From an uncultured virus (IMG/VR IMGVR_UViG_3300030110_001396) (lineage: Duplodnaviria > Heunggongvirae > Uroviricota > Caudoviricetes), in IMG/VR virus record IMGVR_UViG_3300030110_001396: a DNA stretch of 64,000 nucleotides, one strand, 5' to 3'. This document shows positions 56,453 to 64,000 of this stretch, piece after piece. The translations under genes were made by a program, and so were the position numbers. Under the pieces are notes generated by a model. That model saw only the letters and a list, made by a program, of their open reading frames with translations, was not told where the DNA came from and made no database searches. Each line of letters begins with the position of its first letter. Within the stretch, counting starts at the first letter, position 1.

Positions 56453-58314
56453 TTTTACAACCCCCTATGTTCGCTCCAACAAGTGACTGGTCTATTCCAG
56501 AAGTTTTCCCTCAGTTTTCTGAGACAGAAACAATCGCAGTAGATTTAGAAACTTACGATCCACACCTCATGACTTGTGGTCCAGGATGGGCTACAGGTCG
56601 TGGGCATATCGTGGGTGTTGGTATTGCGACAGAGGGGTGGAAGGGTTACTTCCCGATCCGTCATCAAGGCGGAGGTAATCTTGACGAAGATATTGTATTA
56701 CGTTGGTTACGCAACACTCTAGCATCGGAAAAGCGAGACGTTATATTTCATAACGCCTTATACGACGTAGGGTGGCTTCGTAGAGAAGGCGTACACGTAG
56801 GCGGTAAAATATTAGATACGATCGTAGCAGCTCCCCTAGTAAACGAGAATAGGTATTCTTATTCTTTAGATAACCTCGGTGATTTTTACTGTAACGAAAA
56901 GAAAGATGAATCGTTATTACAAAACGCTGCTCTATCATTTGGGGTAAATCCTAAATCAGAAATGTATAAACTACCGTCTAAGTTCGTTGGACCTTATGGT
57001 GAGCAAGATGCAGCACTAACTCTAAAACTTTGGCAAAAATTAAAGATCGAAGTTCAAGAACAAGGGTTAGAAAAGATACTCGACATGGAATGCCGACTGA
57101 TTCCTCTACTGTTAGAAATGCGGTGGCGAGGGGTTAGAATCGATGAACAAAAAGCTGACGATGTCAGTAAAAAGTTATCGATCGAAGAACAAAAACTACA
57201 GGTCGAGATTAAACGTAAGTATGGTGCAGAAGTTAATTTATGGGCTAATGCATCGTTAGAAGCTATCTTTGAAAAGAACAAGATATGGTTTCCTAGAACC
57301 GCAAAAGGTATGGCTAGTTTTCAAAAAGACTGGTTAGAAGGACACGAACACGAGTTACCACAACTTATTGTTCGAGCAAGGAAACTTAATAAAGCTAGAA
57401 CTACTTTCATCGATAAGATGATTAAAGATCACTGCTTCGATGGTCGTATACACGCAGAAGCTCATGCTATGCGTAACGATCGTGGCGGCACGGTTAGTGG
57501 TAGATTTAGCTATAGTAATCCTAATCTACAACAAGTTCCTGCAAGAGATCCAGAGATCGGTAATTTAATACGATCTTTGTTTATTCCAGAGGAAGGTTGT
57601 CAGTGGGGTGTATTCGATTATTCACAACAAGAGCCAAGGCTTACCGTTCATTACGCTGATCGAATGAACTTAGCAGGGGCTAAAGATGCTGTGACAGAGT
57701 ACACAGAAAAGAACGCGGACTTCCACCAGATCGTTGCAGATATGGCTAATATACCGCGTAAACAGGCTAAGACGATTAATTTAGGACTTAGCTATGGGAT
57801 GGGTAAAGAAAAGCTTATTAAAGAGCTAGGGATAGACGATACGGAAGCTGAGGGGTTATTTCAGCAGTATCATAATAAAGTTCCCTTTATACGAGGGTTA
57901 CAAGATCAGTGTGCAAGGGTAGCCATGGAACGTGGCTATATACGAACGTTTGCAGGTAGACGTTGTAGGTTTAATCTATGGGAAGATAGATATGAACGCA
58001 CTCTACCTCTACCGTACGAAGAAGCACAGGAAAAATACGGTGATAATTTAAAAAGATCATATACATATAAGGCTCTGAATCGGTTGATTCAAGGATCGGC
58101 TGCTGACATGACGAAGTTAGCAATGCTCGGTCTGTGGGAGGAAGGAATTGTTCCTCACCTACAAGTCCACGATGAGGTTGATATCTCGGTAGAGAACACT
58201 GAACAAGCTGACAAGATTGCAGAAATAATGGAAACTTGTGTAGAACTTGCAGTACCCCTACTAGTGGATAAGGAACTCGGAAGTTCATGGGGCGAAACAA
58301 AGGAAATAAAATGA
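56449..58314 (+). CDS. polA: DNA polymerase, family A (3'-5' exonuclease plus polymerase)
   Basis: DLET, HNALYD, GRFSYSNPNLQQ, DYSQQEPR, RKQAKTINLGLSYG, IQGSAAD and VHDE. Confidence 0.95.
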   Translation: MILQPPMFAPTSDWSIPEVFPQFSETETIAVDLETYDPHLMTCGPGWATGRGHIVGVGIATEGWKGYFPIRHQGGGNLDEDIVLRWLRNTLASEKRDVIFHNALYDVGWLRREGVHVGGKILDTIVAAPLVNENRYSYSLDNLGDFYCNEKKDESLLQNAALSFGVNPKSEMYKLPSKFVGPYGEQDAALTLKLWQKLKIEVQEQGLEKILDMECRLIPLLLEMRWRGVRIDEQKADDVSKKLSIEEQKLQVEIKRKYGAEVNLWANASLEAIFEKNKIWFPRTAKGMASFQKDWLEGHEHELPQLIVRARKLNKARTTFIDKMIKDHCFDGRIHAEAHAMRNDRGGTVSGRFSYSNPNLQQVPARDPEIGNLIRSLFIPEEGCQWGVFDYSQQEPRLTVHYADRMNLAGAKDAVTEYTEKNADFHQIVADMANIPRKQAKTINLGLSYGMGKEKLIKELGIDDTEAEGLFQQYHNKVPFIRGLQDQCARVAMERGYIRTFAGRRCRFNLWEDRYERTLPLPYEEAQEKYGDNLKRSYTYKALNRLIQGSAADMTKLAMLGLWEEGIVPHLQVHDEVDISVENTEQADKIAEIMETCVELAVPLLVDKELGSSWGETKEIK

Positions 58315-58655
58315 AAGGTATCTCACAAGAAAAAGCTAAAGAATACTCTATTAAGTACAGACGAATGTACGAACAATGGGTCAACAACTCTACTACTCTA
58401 GAACAAATGGGTAAAGAGCATAATTTAACCAAACAACGTATGTGGCAGATTATTACACGTTGTAAACTCGGTGAGGGTGATTACTACTATGGTACACAGA
58501 TTGCTCGAAACAAATGGTCTGAGTTTAAAAATATGTACAATGACCTCGATCAGACTAAACGTGCTTTCGATGACTGGTTAAAAGAAAGAGACATCAAACT
58601 TATTGCTAATAACCAAAAAGCCGCTCCACATACTGGTTGGGACTGGTCGGGCTAG
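58311..58655 (+). CDS. sigma70 region-4-like HTH protein
   Basis: TLEQMGKEHNLTKQRMWQI. Confidence 0.6.
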   Translation: MKGISQEKAKEYSIKYRRMYEQWVNNSTTLEQMGKEHNLTKQRMWQIITRCKLGEGDYYYGTQIARNKWSEFKNMYNDLDQTKRAFDDWLKERDIKLIANNQKAAPHTGWDWSG

Positions 58656-58658
58656 GGC

Positions 58659-58692
58659 AGTGCTTTACTTTCTAAACTTTGCCTTTTATATT
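58659..58692 (+). promoter_or_regulatory. sigma70-like promoter
   Basis: AGTGCTTTACTTT; TTTACT-17-TATATT. Confidence 0.65.
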
Positions 58693-58700
58693 TAAGGTAT

Positions 58701-59405
58701 ATGTTTTTAGCAAGTAATACACAAATAGAACTACCGAACAACGGAGAGTGTAAGGTATGTTCGAAACCTTTATACGGACAAAGAAGAAAGTTTTGTAGTG
58801 CCAAATGCGGCAATACGTTTCATAACACTGAAGGCAAAAAACCGATCATAGATATTCCTCGATCGTGTGTATATTGTTCTGTAGAGTTTGATAAGAAAGA
58901 ATCAGGGTTATTAAATTATTGTTCTAAACATTGTCAAAAACAACATCAGTACTCTAAAAATAAAGACCCACATTCGACTTACGGATCAGGCAAACGTAAA
59001 CAGATATTATCAAATAAATATCAAAATTGGTCTTGTTGTGCTTATGACGAAGCGGTTATAGATAACGATATTTTAGACCATATAGAATATCTAGCGACCG
59101 ATGAACCTTACGTAGAAGAAGATATGCAATGGCTCGAACGTGTATTACATGAAGAACATACAACACCTAGATACTCAGACGGCACTATATACAAACCTGA
59201 TCCTTTATCTTTTAAATTGAAAAAATGGCGGAATTATTGGTGGCGAGAACCTAATATATCTATACATCGAAAACGAGCAAAATATTCAAACAGTCGTTCT
59301 TTTAATGAACGTTGGTCTATTTTAACAAAACGCTCGATTATGAAACGCTACCGTAAAATGAAATATGGCGAAAGAAAAAAATTTATGGCTCTTATTAAGA
59401 GCTAA
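58701..59405 (+). CDS. Zinc-finger protein of unknown function
   Basis: CKVC...FCSAKC and CVYC...YCSKHC; basic C-terminus. Confidence 0.65.
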   Translation: MFLASNTQIELPNNGECKVCSKPLYGQRRKFCSAKCGNTFHNTEGKKPIIDIPRSCVYCSVEFDKKESGLLNYCSKHCQKQHQYSKNKDPHSTYGSGKRKQILSNKYQNWSCCAYDEAVIDNDILDHIEYLATDEPYVEEDMQWLERVLHEEHTTPRYSDGTIYKPDPLSFKLKKWRNYWWREPNISIHRKRAKYSNSRSFNERWSILTKRSIMKRYRKMKYGERKKFMALIKS

Positions 59406-59754
59406 TCTACCAGAAATACATTTACAACGAATAGAAACAGGTATGACAGGAGCAGGTGTTCCTGACGTTAACGGTTGTGCTAAAGGTAAAGAGTTCTGGA
59501 TCGAGCTCAAAGAAATACATTCAGGTAATGCTCTTACTCTACGACCTATGCAAATATCATGGTTAGCGAAACGTGCATCGTTTGGTGGTCAAGTTTTTGT
59601 TATGGCTCGTAAAAACGATGAGATTAAGCTCTACCATATCGACAGCCTTACAGGAATTCAAGACCTTGTTAAGACTGGATATAAATCAAAAGCTCTTGTA
59701 ACTCTTACGATTCCTTACGATTGGGGTAGTCTTGTTAGTGCTTTACTTTCGTAG
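59365..59754 (+). CDS. PD-(D/E)XK nuclease (VRR-NUC / Holliday junction resolvase-like)
   Basis: RIE....GVPD....FWIELK...LRPMQISW. Confidence 0.8.
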   Translation: MAKEKNLWLLLRANLPEIHLQRIETGMTGAGVPDVNGCAKGKEFWIELKEIHSGNALTLRPMQISWLAKRASFGGQVFVMARKNDEIKLYHIDSLTGIQDLVKTGYKSKALVTLTIPYDWGSLVSALLS

Positions 59755-59770
59755 CTTTCGTACCTATAAT
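59737..59770 (+). promoter_or_regulatory. sigma70-like early promoter
   Basis: AGTGCTTTACTTT; TTTACT-17-TATAAT. Confidence 0.8.
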
Positions 59771-59836
59771 GGTAAAGGTAGCTAATAGGCTACGTGATTA
59801 ACCAGTGCAGCCATGCACATTAGAAAGGAGAAAATT

Positions 59837-60871
59837 ATGGCACACCAAGTAGAAACGATGGCTTGGACGGGGGATGTACCTTGGCACGGATTAGGTGTTG
59901 AGGTAGATTCAAATCTGAAACCATCTGAAATGCAGAAAGCGGCTCAGTTAGACTGGACAGTTAGCAAACGTCCTAGTTATACTATAGACGCTCCTGAGTG
60001 GAGTGACGATGTTGGTCTTATCCAAGCGGAAAATACCTTCCACGTTGTTCGAGATAGCGATAACCGAATACTATCGCATTGTGGTAGAGACTATGTCCCT
60101 ATACAGAATGAAGACGTATTCAAATTCTTTAAACGCTTTACGGATGCTGGTCATATGACCATGGAAACCGCAGGAAGTTTAAAGGACGGTGGAGAAATTT
60201 GGGGTTTAGCTAAAATCTCAGAAGACTTCGAATTAGCGGGTGACGACCTTATTAAAGGTTATTTGCTTATCAACCAACCACATATCGTTGGTCGAGCAAT
60301 GACTATTAAGTTGACACCTATTAGAGTTGTTTGCAACAACACTTTAACGATGGCTTTACAACACGGTGGGACAGCGTCTTTCCGTATGCCACACGTTAAA
60401 GCATTCGATGACGATGTTATACAGATCGCAGAAGAAGCTTTAGGGCTATCTGCTGAACGTATGACAGAGTTTAGAGAAGCTGCAAACTTACTCTCTAAGA
60501 AGAAAGCTAAACATTCTCAGTTCCTTGAGTTTGTTGGTGATATTTATCAACCTGATATGATTGCCGCTTATAGACACGACCAACAGCTTAAAGCTGAAGG
60601 TAAGTTGATAGGTATGCAAGAACCTCTTGTTGATCAATTTAACAAGTTTCCACTTCTAGCTGTTGACGCTCTAGAACAGTCTCCAGGTGCAAACCTGAAG
60701 TCTGCTAAAGGTACGTGGTGGGGAGCATTGAATGCTGTCACCTACGTTGAAGACCATTTACGTGAGTCTGTAACCGAAGGCAATGCTCTACATAGCTCAT
60801 GGTTTGGTGCTGCGGCTAATCGTAAAGCCAAAGCTCTAGATTTAGCTGTGAAGTATGCGGAGGTTGCATAA
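59837..60871 (+). CDS. DUF932-family protein
   Basis: MAHQVETMA.....PWHGLG...LDWTV...Y.P.QN...ETAGSL..G...TPIRVVCNNTL...GTWWGALNAVT. Confidence 0.85.
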   Translation: MAHQVETMAWTGDVPWHGLGVEVDSNLKPSEMQKAAQLDWTVSKRPSYTIDAPEWSDDVGLIQAENTFHVVRDSDNRILSHCGRDYVPIQNEDVFKFFKRFTDAGHMTMETAGSLKDGGEIWGLAKISEDFELAGDDLIKGYLLINQPHIVGRAMTIKLTPIRVVCNNTLTMALQHGGTASFRMPHVKAFDDDVIQIAEEALGLSAERMTEFREAANLLSKKKAKHSQFLEFVGDIYQPDMIAAYRHDQQLKAEGKLIGMQEPLVDQFNKFPLLAVDALEQSPGANLKSAKGTWWGALNAVTYVEDHLRESVTEGNALHSSWFGAAANRKAKALDLAVKYAEVA

Positions 60872-61110
60872 TGCCGAGAGACCCTAAATCATATTTAGTT
60901 GATGGTGAAGTTTTAGCCATGGTCTGGTCAGCGTTGTATGAGGGAGCTAACGATGAGTTAGCTTCCGTCATACGCGATACGATGATTGCTCAAGGTTGTC
61001 AAGAATTACACGGTATTACCGATCAATCATTAATTTTAATGTTCTGGAAAAACTTCCTAGAAGAAAAAGGTCTAGTTGAGTTTTCCGACCCACCTAAGGA
61101 GGTGCACTAA
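60871..61110 (+). CDS. Hypothetical protein
   Basis: GGAGG SD; coupled to the previous gene. Confidence 0.7.
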   Translation: MPRDPKSYLVDGEVLAMVWSALYEGANDELASVIRDTMIAQGCQELHGITDQSLILMFWKNFLEEKGLVEFSDPPKEVH

Positions 61111-61370
61111 TGCAAGAACCTATTATAGAAAAAGGTATTCCTCTACCTGAGGATCAACGTTCGCAAACAAGTTATCCGTTTGCTAAAATGGATGTAGGAG
61201 ACTCTATCTTCTTCCCACTTAGTCCAAGCGATAACTCTCAGCGGATGAAAAACCGTTTAGCTCAAGCCAGTCGAGGCTTTGGCAAAAAACAAGAACCCGA
61301 GTGGAAGTTCGTCATTAGATATCGTTTAGAAGACGAAATCTCAGGCGTCCGCGTTTGGCGTAGCTTGTAA
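61110..61370 (+). CDS. Small phage protein, putative DNA-binding
   Basis: IEKGIPLP...YPFAKMDVGDSIF...GVRVWR. Confidence 0.7.
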   Translation: MQEPIIEKGIPLPEDQRSQTSYPFAKMDVGDSIFFPLSPSDNSQRMKNRLAQASRGFGKKQEPEWKFVIRYRLEDEISGVRVWRSL

Positions 61371-61397
61371 ACAGTCTGCCTATGCGGTGCTCGTAAT

Positions 61398-61431
61398 AGT
61401 GCTTTACTTTCGCGTATTTCGTAGGCATACT
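61398..61431 (+). promoter_or_regulatory. sigma70-like early promoter
   Basis: AGTGCTTTACTTT; TTTACT-17-CATACT. Confidence 0.75.
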
Positions 61432-61488
61432 TGTAATAGTTGTTCTAACGCAAGTTAGAATTTGTTAACCATAAGAAAGGAGAAAGAT

Positions 61489-61860
61489 ATGCAAACAGCA
61501 ACATCTACACCTACCTCTGCAAAGAGAGTTCCTGCGAAAGCAGCAACGAAACCTTTGAGCAAGGCTAAAGTGACAGCAGTCCCGAAGCCTAGTTCAACAG
61601 GCAAAGGAGCTTCTAGAACTTTATATAAGTTCATAGGTAAAGTTCCTGAAGCCAAAGGTTTTACTCCGCAGATGAGAGCCTTGATCTTGACCGTTAGTGA
61701 AGCTAAAAAGAGTGAATTAGACTCTGCTAGTTTTACCGCACAAGATCTAGTATCTCTTGCAGTAAAGCAAGGCAATCTGACTACAGGTCAAGACCCGCTT
61801 AGAATTTTTAGATTTTATGCGAAAAGACTTGTTGTCGAAGGCTACTTTGCAAAGGTATAA
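61489..61860 (+). CDS. Basic protein, possible winged helix; paralogue of 3974 and 4624
   Basis: K/A/P-rich tail plus TPQ...TAQDL...QDPLRIFRFYAKRLVVEGYF. Confidence 0.75.
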   Translation: MQTATSTPTSAKRVPAKAATKPLSKAKVTAVPKPSSTGKGASRTLYKFIGKVPEAKGFTPQMRALILTVSEAKKSELDSASFTAQDLVSLAVKQGNLTTGQDPLRIFRFYAKRLVVEGYFAKV

Positions 61861-61865
61861 TCTAT

Positions 61866-61902
61866 TAAGTGCACAGCGATGATCGTTGTGCACTTATTTT
61901 TT
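61866..61902 (+). terminator. Rho-independent terminator
   Basis: TAAGTGCACAGCGA-TGA-TCGTTGTGCACTTA plus T run. Confidence 0.8.
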
Positions 61903-61913
61903 AGGGGGAAACT

Positions 61914-62117
61914 ATGGATATAGAAATAACTAAACAAAATGGATTAGTATGTAAAACCAACGTAGCAGTTTTAGCACGACACGTAATACATGCAATGTTA
62001 AAAGATCCATTTATTGAAATTAAAAACGAGGACGCTGAGCTTTTCGAAAAAGCAGTACATAATGTTATGTATGAAGCCCTCGATAATCTTATAGAGGAAA
62101 AAGATGGCACAAGTTAA
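61914..62117 (+). CDS. Hypothetical protein
   Basis: 67 aa; AGGGGG SD. Confidence 0.65.
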   Translation: MDIEITKQNGLVCKTNVAVLARHVIHAMLKDPFIEIKNEDAELFEKAVHNVMYEALDNLIEEKDGTS

Positions 62118-62421
62118 ATATGCAACCGTTGAGATATTAGAAAATCTAACACAAAAAGCCGAAGACTCCAACAAAAACAGATATCCTGACGTAGGAGTTG
62201 TTAACGGAGTTTTATTAGACTTAGGCTACGATTTAGAAAAAGTCAAACTTCCGATTACTTACACACTCGACCATAACGGTATGGAAGTTCGAGCTATGTT
62301 TGTAATTCCTGGACCAGATCCAGAACAGAATGAAAGGTTCTTTTTAGATATGGAATATGAAGATTATAACAATCTACCGCACGTAGATTTACCTGACAAT
62401 ATTATGTCAGACGAATTATGA
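62104..62421 (+). CDS. Hypothetical acidic protein
   Basis: 105 aa; GAGG SD. Confidence 0.7.
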   Translation: MAQVKYATVEILENLTQKAEDSNKNRYPDVGVVNGVLLDLGYDLEKVKLPITYTLDHNGMEVRAMFVIPGPDPEQNERFFLDMEYEDYNNLPHVDLPDNIMSDEL

Positions 62422-62630
62422 TCTATCGATTATTAACAGCGTTTATACTTACAGGCTGTGCGACATACGTTCCAGAAACCAAAGAATGGAACGATAAATA
62501 CGACCCTGCTGATTGGCGTAAGCAGTTTGAAGAATGTCGGGATAAGTTTTATGTACATTATCCTGATGAAGTAAACCCTAACGATTGGCATAAATGTATG
62601 GAGCGGGATTATGAACTTAAAGAAAGCTAA
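62418..62630 (+). CDS. Putative small lipoprotein
   Basis: Lipobox LTGC after a short hydrophobic stretch. Confidence 0.6.
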   Translation: MIYRLLTAFILTGCATYVPETKEWNDKYDPADWRKQFEECRDKFYVHYPDEVNPNDWHKCMERDYELKES

Positions 62631-62799
62631 ATTATTACGCAAAGTGTTAGCAACAGGTGGAGCTGATTGGCAAGACGCTAAACACGTACAAACCAAAGAT
62701 CGGTTTGGCAATCTACTCCCTACGATCTTTTTAGATCCAAAGTGCGGTCGTGCAATATACCGAAGAACAAAAGCAATGGCACGAATGCGGGGGTCTTAA
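62611..62799 (+). CDS. Small basic hypothetical protein
   Basis: MNLKKAKLLRK...RAIYRRTK. Confidence 0.65.
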   Translation: MNLKKAKLLRKVLATGGADWQDAKHVQTKDRFGNLLPTIFLDPKCGRAIYRRTKAMARMRGS

Positions 62800-62800
62800 T

Positions 62801-62835
62801 AGTGCTTTACTTTGCTAACTTTCGTACTTTATACT
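62801..62835 (+). promoter_or_regulatory. sigma70-like early promoter
   Basis: AGTGCTTTACTTT; TTTACT-18-TATACT. Confidence 0.75.
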
Positions 62836-62841
62836 ATAAGT

Positions 62842-63080
62842 ATGTTTACTAGAACAAGTTTGATAAGTCCAGAGAGATTCATATGATTACTCCATTAAAT
62901 AATGATACCGAGCGGGATTTTTTAGTTAGACCGCTCACCTCTCTGGCACAAAACGTGGTACTTTTCAAAGGTTGGTTTGATCAGCCAATACCTAGATTAA
63001 ATTCGGGGTTTGATAAGGGAGAAGCTAAGTTAGTCAGTTAAAACATTTGCATACCGAGACTGATAAGCCACACTTTTTAC
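62842..63080 (+). ncRNA. Candidate structured RNA / long leader
   Basis: Nested stems CCAGAGAG/CTCTCTGG and GAGCGG/CCGCTC, further hairpins, TGATAAG x3. Confidence 0.35.
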
Positions 63081-63107
63081 AGTTTATTAATAAGAAAGGA
63101 GAAATAG

Positions 63108-63359
63108 ATGGATAAAGAAATAATGCAAATGATCGATACGCTTACTCAAAGCCTCGATTTATTAGTTGATACGCAACGTAAAACACAGGCGTTTATGCAA
63201 TCGCAACTCGATGTGAATAAAATGTTGATACAACGTATTAAAAAACTCGAGGTCGAAGCCAACGTAGTCAAAACAGAAGAACCTGTTGCGATTAACGATA
63301 TCTTCGATACGATGATTAACCGTTTGAAAAAAGAAGGCGACGATGCCACGAAAAGCTAA
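63108..63359 (+). CDS. Coiled-coil hypothetical protein
   Basis: AGAAAGGAGAAA SD. Confidence 0.7.
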   Translation: MDKEIMQMIDTLTQSLDLLVDTQRKTQAFMQSQLDVNKMLIQRIKKLEVEANVVKTEEPVAINDIFDTMINRLKKEGDDATKS

Positions 63360-63591
63360 ACGAAAGTTTGACTTAAATCCTGTAGAACGAGCTGTTGCGA
63401 CGGTCGCTATAGCTTTAGAGCCTTATATAGCTGATCAAACGTCTGAAGAATATTTAGCACGTATGGATCGTAATAGACTACAACGCTCTATTGGATTATT
63501 ATTTGATACATTAGAAGCCGATGACGTTATCGATTATGACAAAATAATGGATGCTATGTTAGAAGGTTTCGATTATAAGGAGGACTTATGA
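63343..63591 (+). CDS. Hypothetical protein
   Basis: 82 aa; overlaps both neighbours. Confidence 0.7.
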   Translation: MPRKAKRKFDLNPVERAVATVAIALEPYIADQTSEEYLARMDRNRLQRSIGLLFDTLEADDVIDYDKIMDAMLEGFDYKEDL

Positions 63592-63785
63592 CACAACATA
63601 AGAAAGTAAAAATAACTTGGTGGAGTGAAGAATTAGACAAATATCACAGGGGTATGGGGTCTGAAGAATCTATATGCAAAGATAATGAGGGTATGCCTTT
63701 TGGTATCGCTCAACTTGATGACGACACTATATGTGAAGATATAGAATGGTTTGCTACCGAACAAGAGAGAGATAATAATTTTTAG
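63588..63785 (+). CDS. Hypothetical protein flanked by 25-bp direct repeats
   Basis: AGGAGG SD; MTQHK start shared with the next ORF. Confidence 0.7.
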   Translation: MTQHKKVKITWWSEELDKYHRGMGSEESICKDNEGMPFGIAQLDDDTICEDIEWFATEQERDNNF

Positions 63786-63793
63786 GAGGACTT

Positions 63794-63967
63794 ATGACAC
63801 AACATAAGGCAGTCGTTGAGCAACAACGCAAAAAACTTGCACAAGAAGAAGATAATAACAAACTAGTTTCATATTATTTTCAAAAAAGTCCAACAACGCA
63901 TTATCGTGAACTTAAATATAAAAGCGGTCGAGTTGTTACAACAGACTTGAGTGGCAAAGATGAGTGA
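63794..63967 (+). CDS. Hypothetical protein (57 aa, not in ORF track)
   Basis: AGGAGG SD; MTQHKAVVEQQR...GKDE*. Confidence 0.65.
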   Translation: MTQHKAVVEQQRKKLAQEEDNNKLVSYYFQKSPTTHYRELKYKSGRVVTTDLSGKDE

Positions 63968-64000
63968 TTTTAATATGATGGGTGCTGTAGGTTATAGAAT

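Noticed and set aside
8101..58314. Assignment to a named phage genus or host
   Set aside because: The architecture recalls abundant marine podoviruses and the modification genes recall M6/YuA-like phages, but this cannot be established without a database search.
393..62835. TGCTTTA as a T4 MotA box
   Set aside because: Spacing to the -10 box places it at the -35 position rather than -30, and no MotA/AsiA homologue was recognised.
1..64000. tRNA genes, integrase, transposase, introns or inteins
   Set aside because: None recognised by eye; terL, polA and the helicases are uninterrupted and of normal length. tRNAscan-SE and HMM searches would be needed to exclude them formally.
63960..64000. 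Window end joining directly to base 1 (circular closure)
   Set aside because: No terminal overlap is visible; both ends are in the early region, so some sequence is probably missing.

Overview
This window is a near-complete genome of an AT-rich (mid-30s % GC by eye) tailed dsDNA phage, probably aquatic. It is podovirus-like, and its spanin genes point to a Gram-negative host. Almost all genes are on the + strand. Layout: small early genes (1-3.0 kb and 58.7-64 kb); terS, a probable genome-end region, spanins and an ADP-ribosyltransferase-like gene (3.3-8.1 kb); the head module with terL, portal, GroES, scaffold and major capsid (8.1-15.8 kb); neck, tail and Gly-rich fibre genes plus four 2OG-Fe(II) oxygenases (16-29 kb); lysozyme, nuclease, a three-gene exported-protein cassette and probable ejection proteins (29-45 kb); and replication genes (SNF2 helicase on the - strand, SSB-like, primase, AlkB, UvrD-like helicase, PolA). 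The best candidate for a new system is a thymidine-hypermodification operon (52.1-56.1 kb). It has a dUMP hydroxymethylase-type thymidylate synthase homologue and a 5-hmdU DNA kinase-like protein. The kinase is translationally coupled to a small-molecule-type SAM methyltransferase instead of the usual amino acid:DNA transferase. The T-free palindromes GGCC, CCGG and GCGC also appear depleted genome-wide. Other notable structure: a diverged ~180-bp iteron-rich element present twice in inverted orientation 43 kb apart, 11 related sigma70-type promoters, a pseudoknotted RNA element after the capsid gene and three distant paralogous small genes. All protein family calls come from motif recognition by eye; no searches were run.
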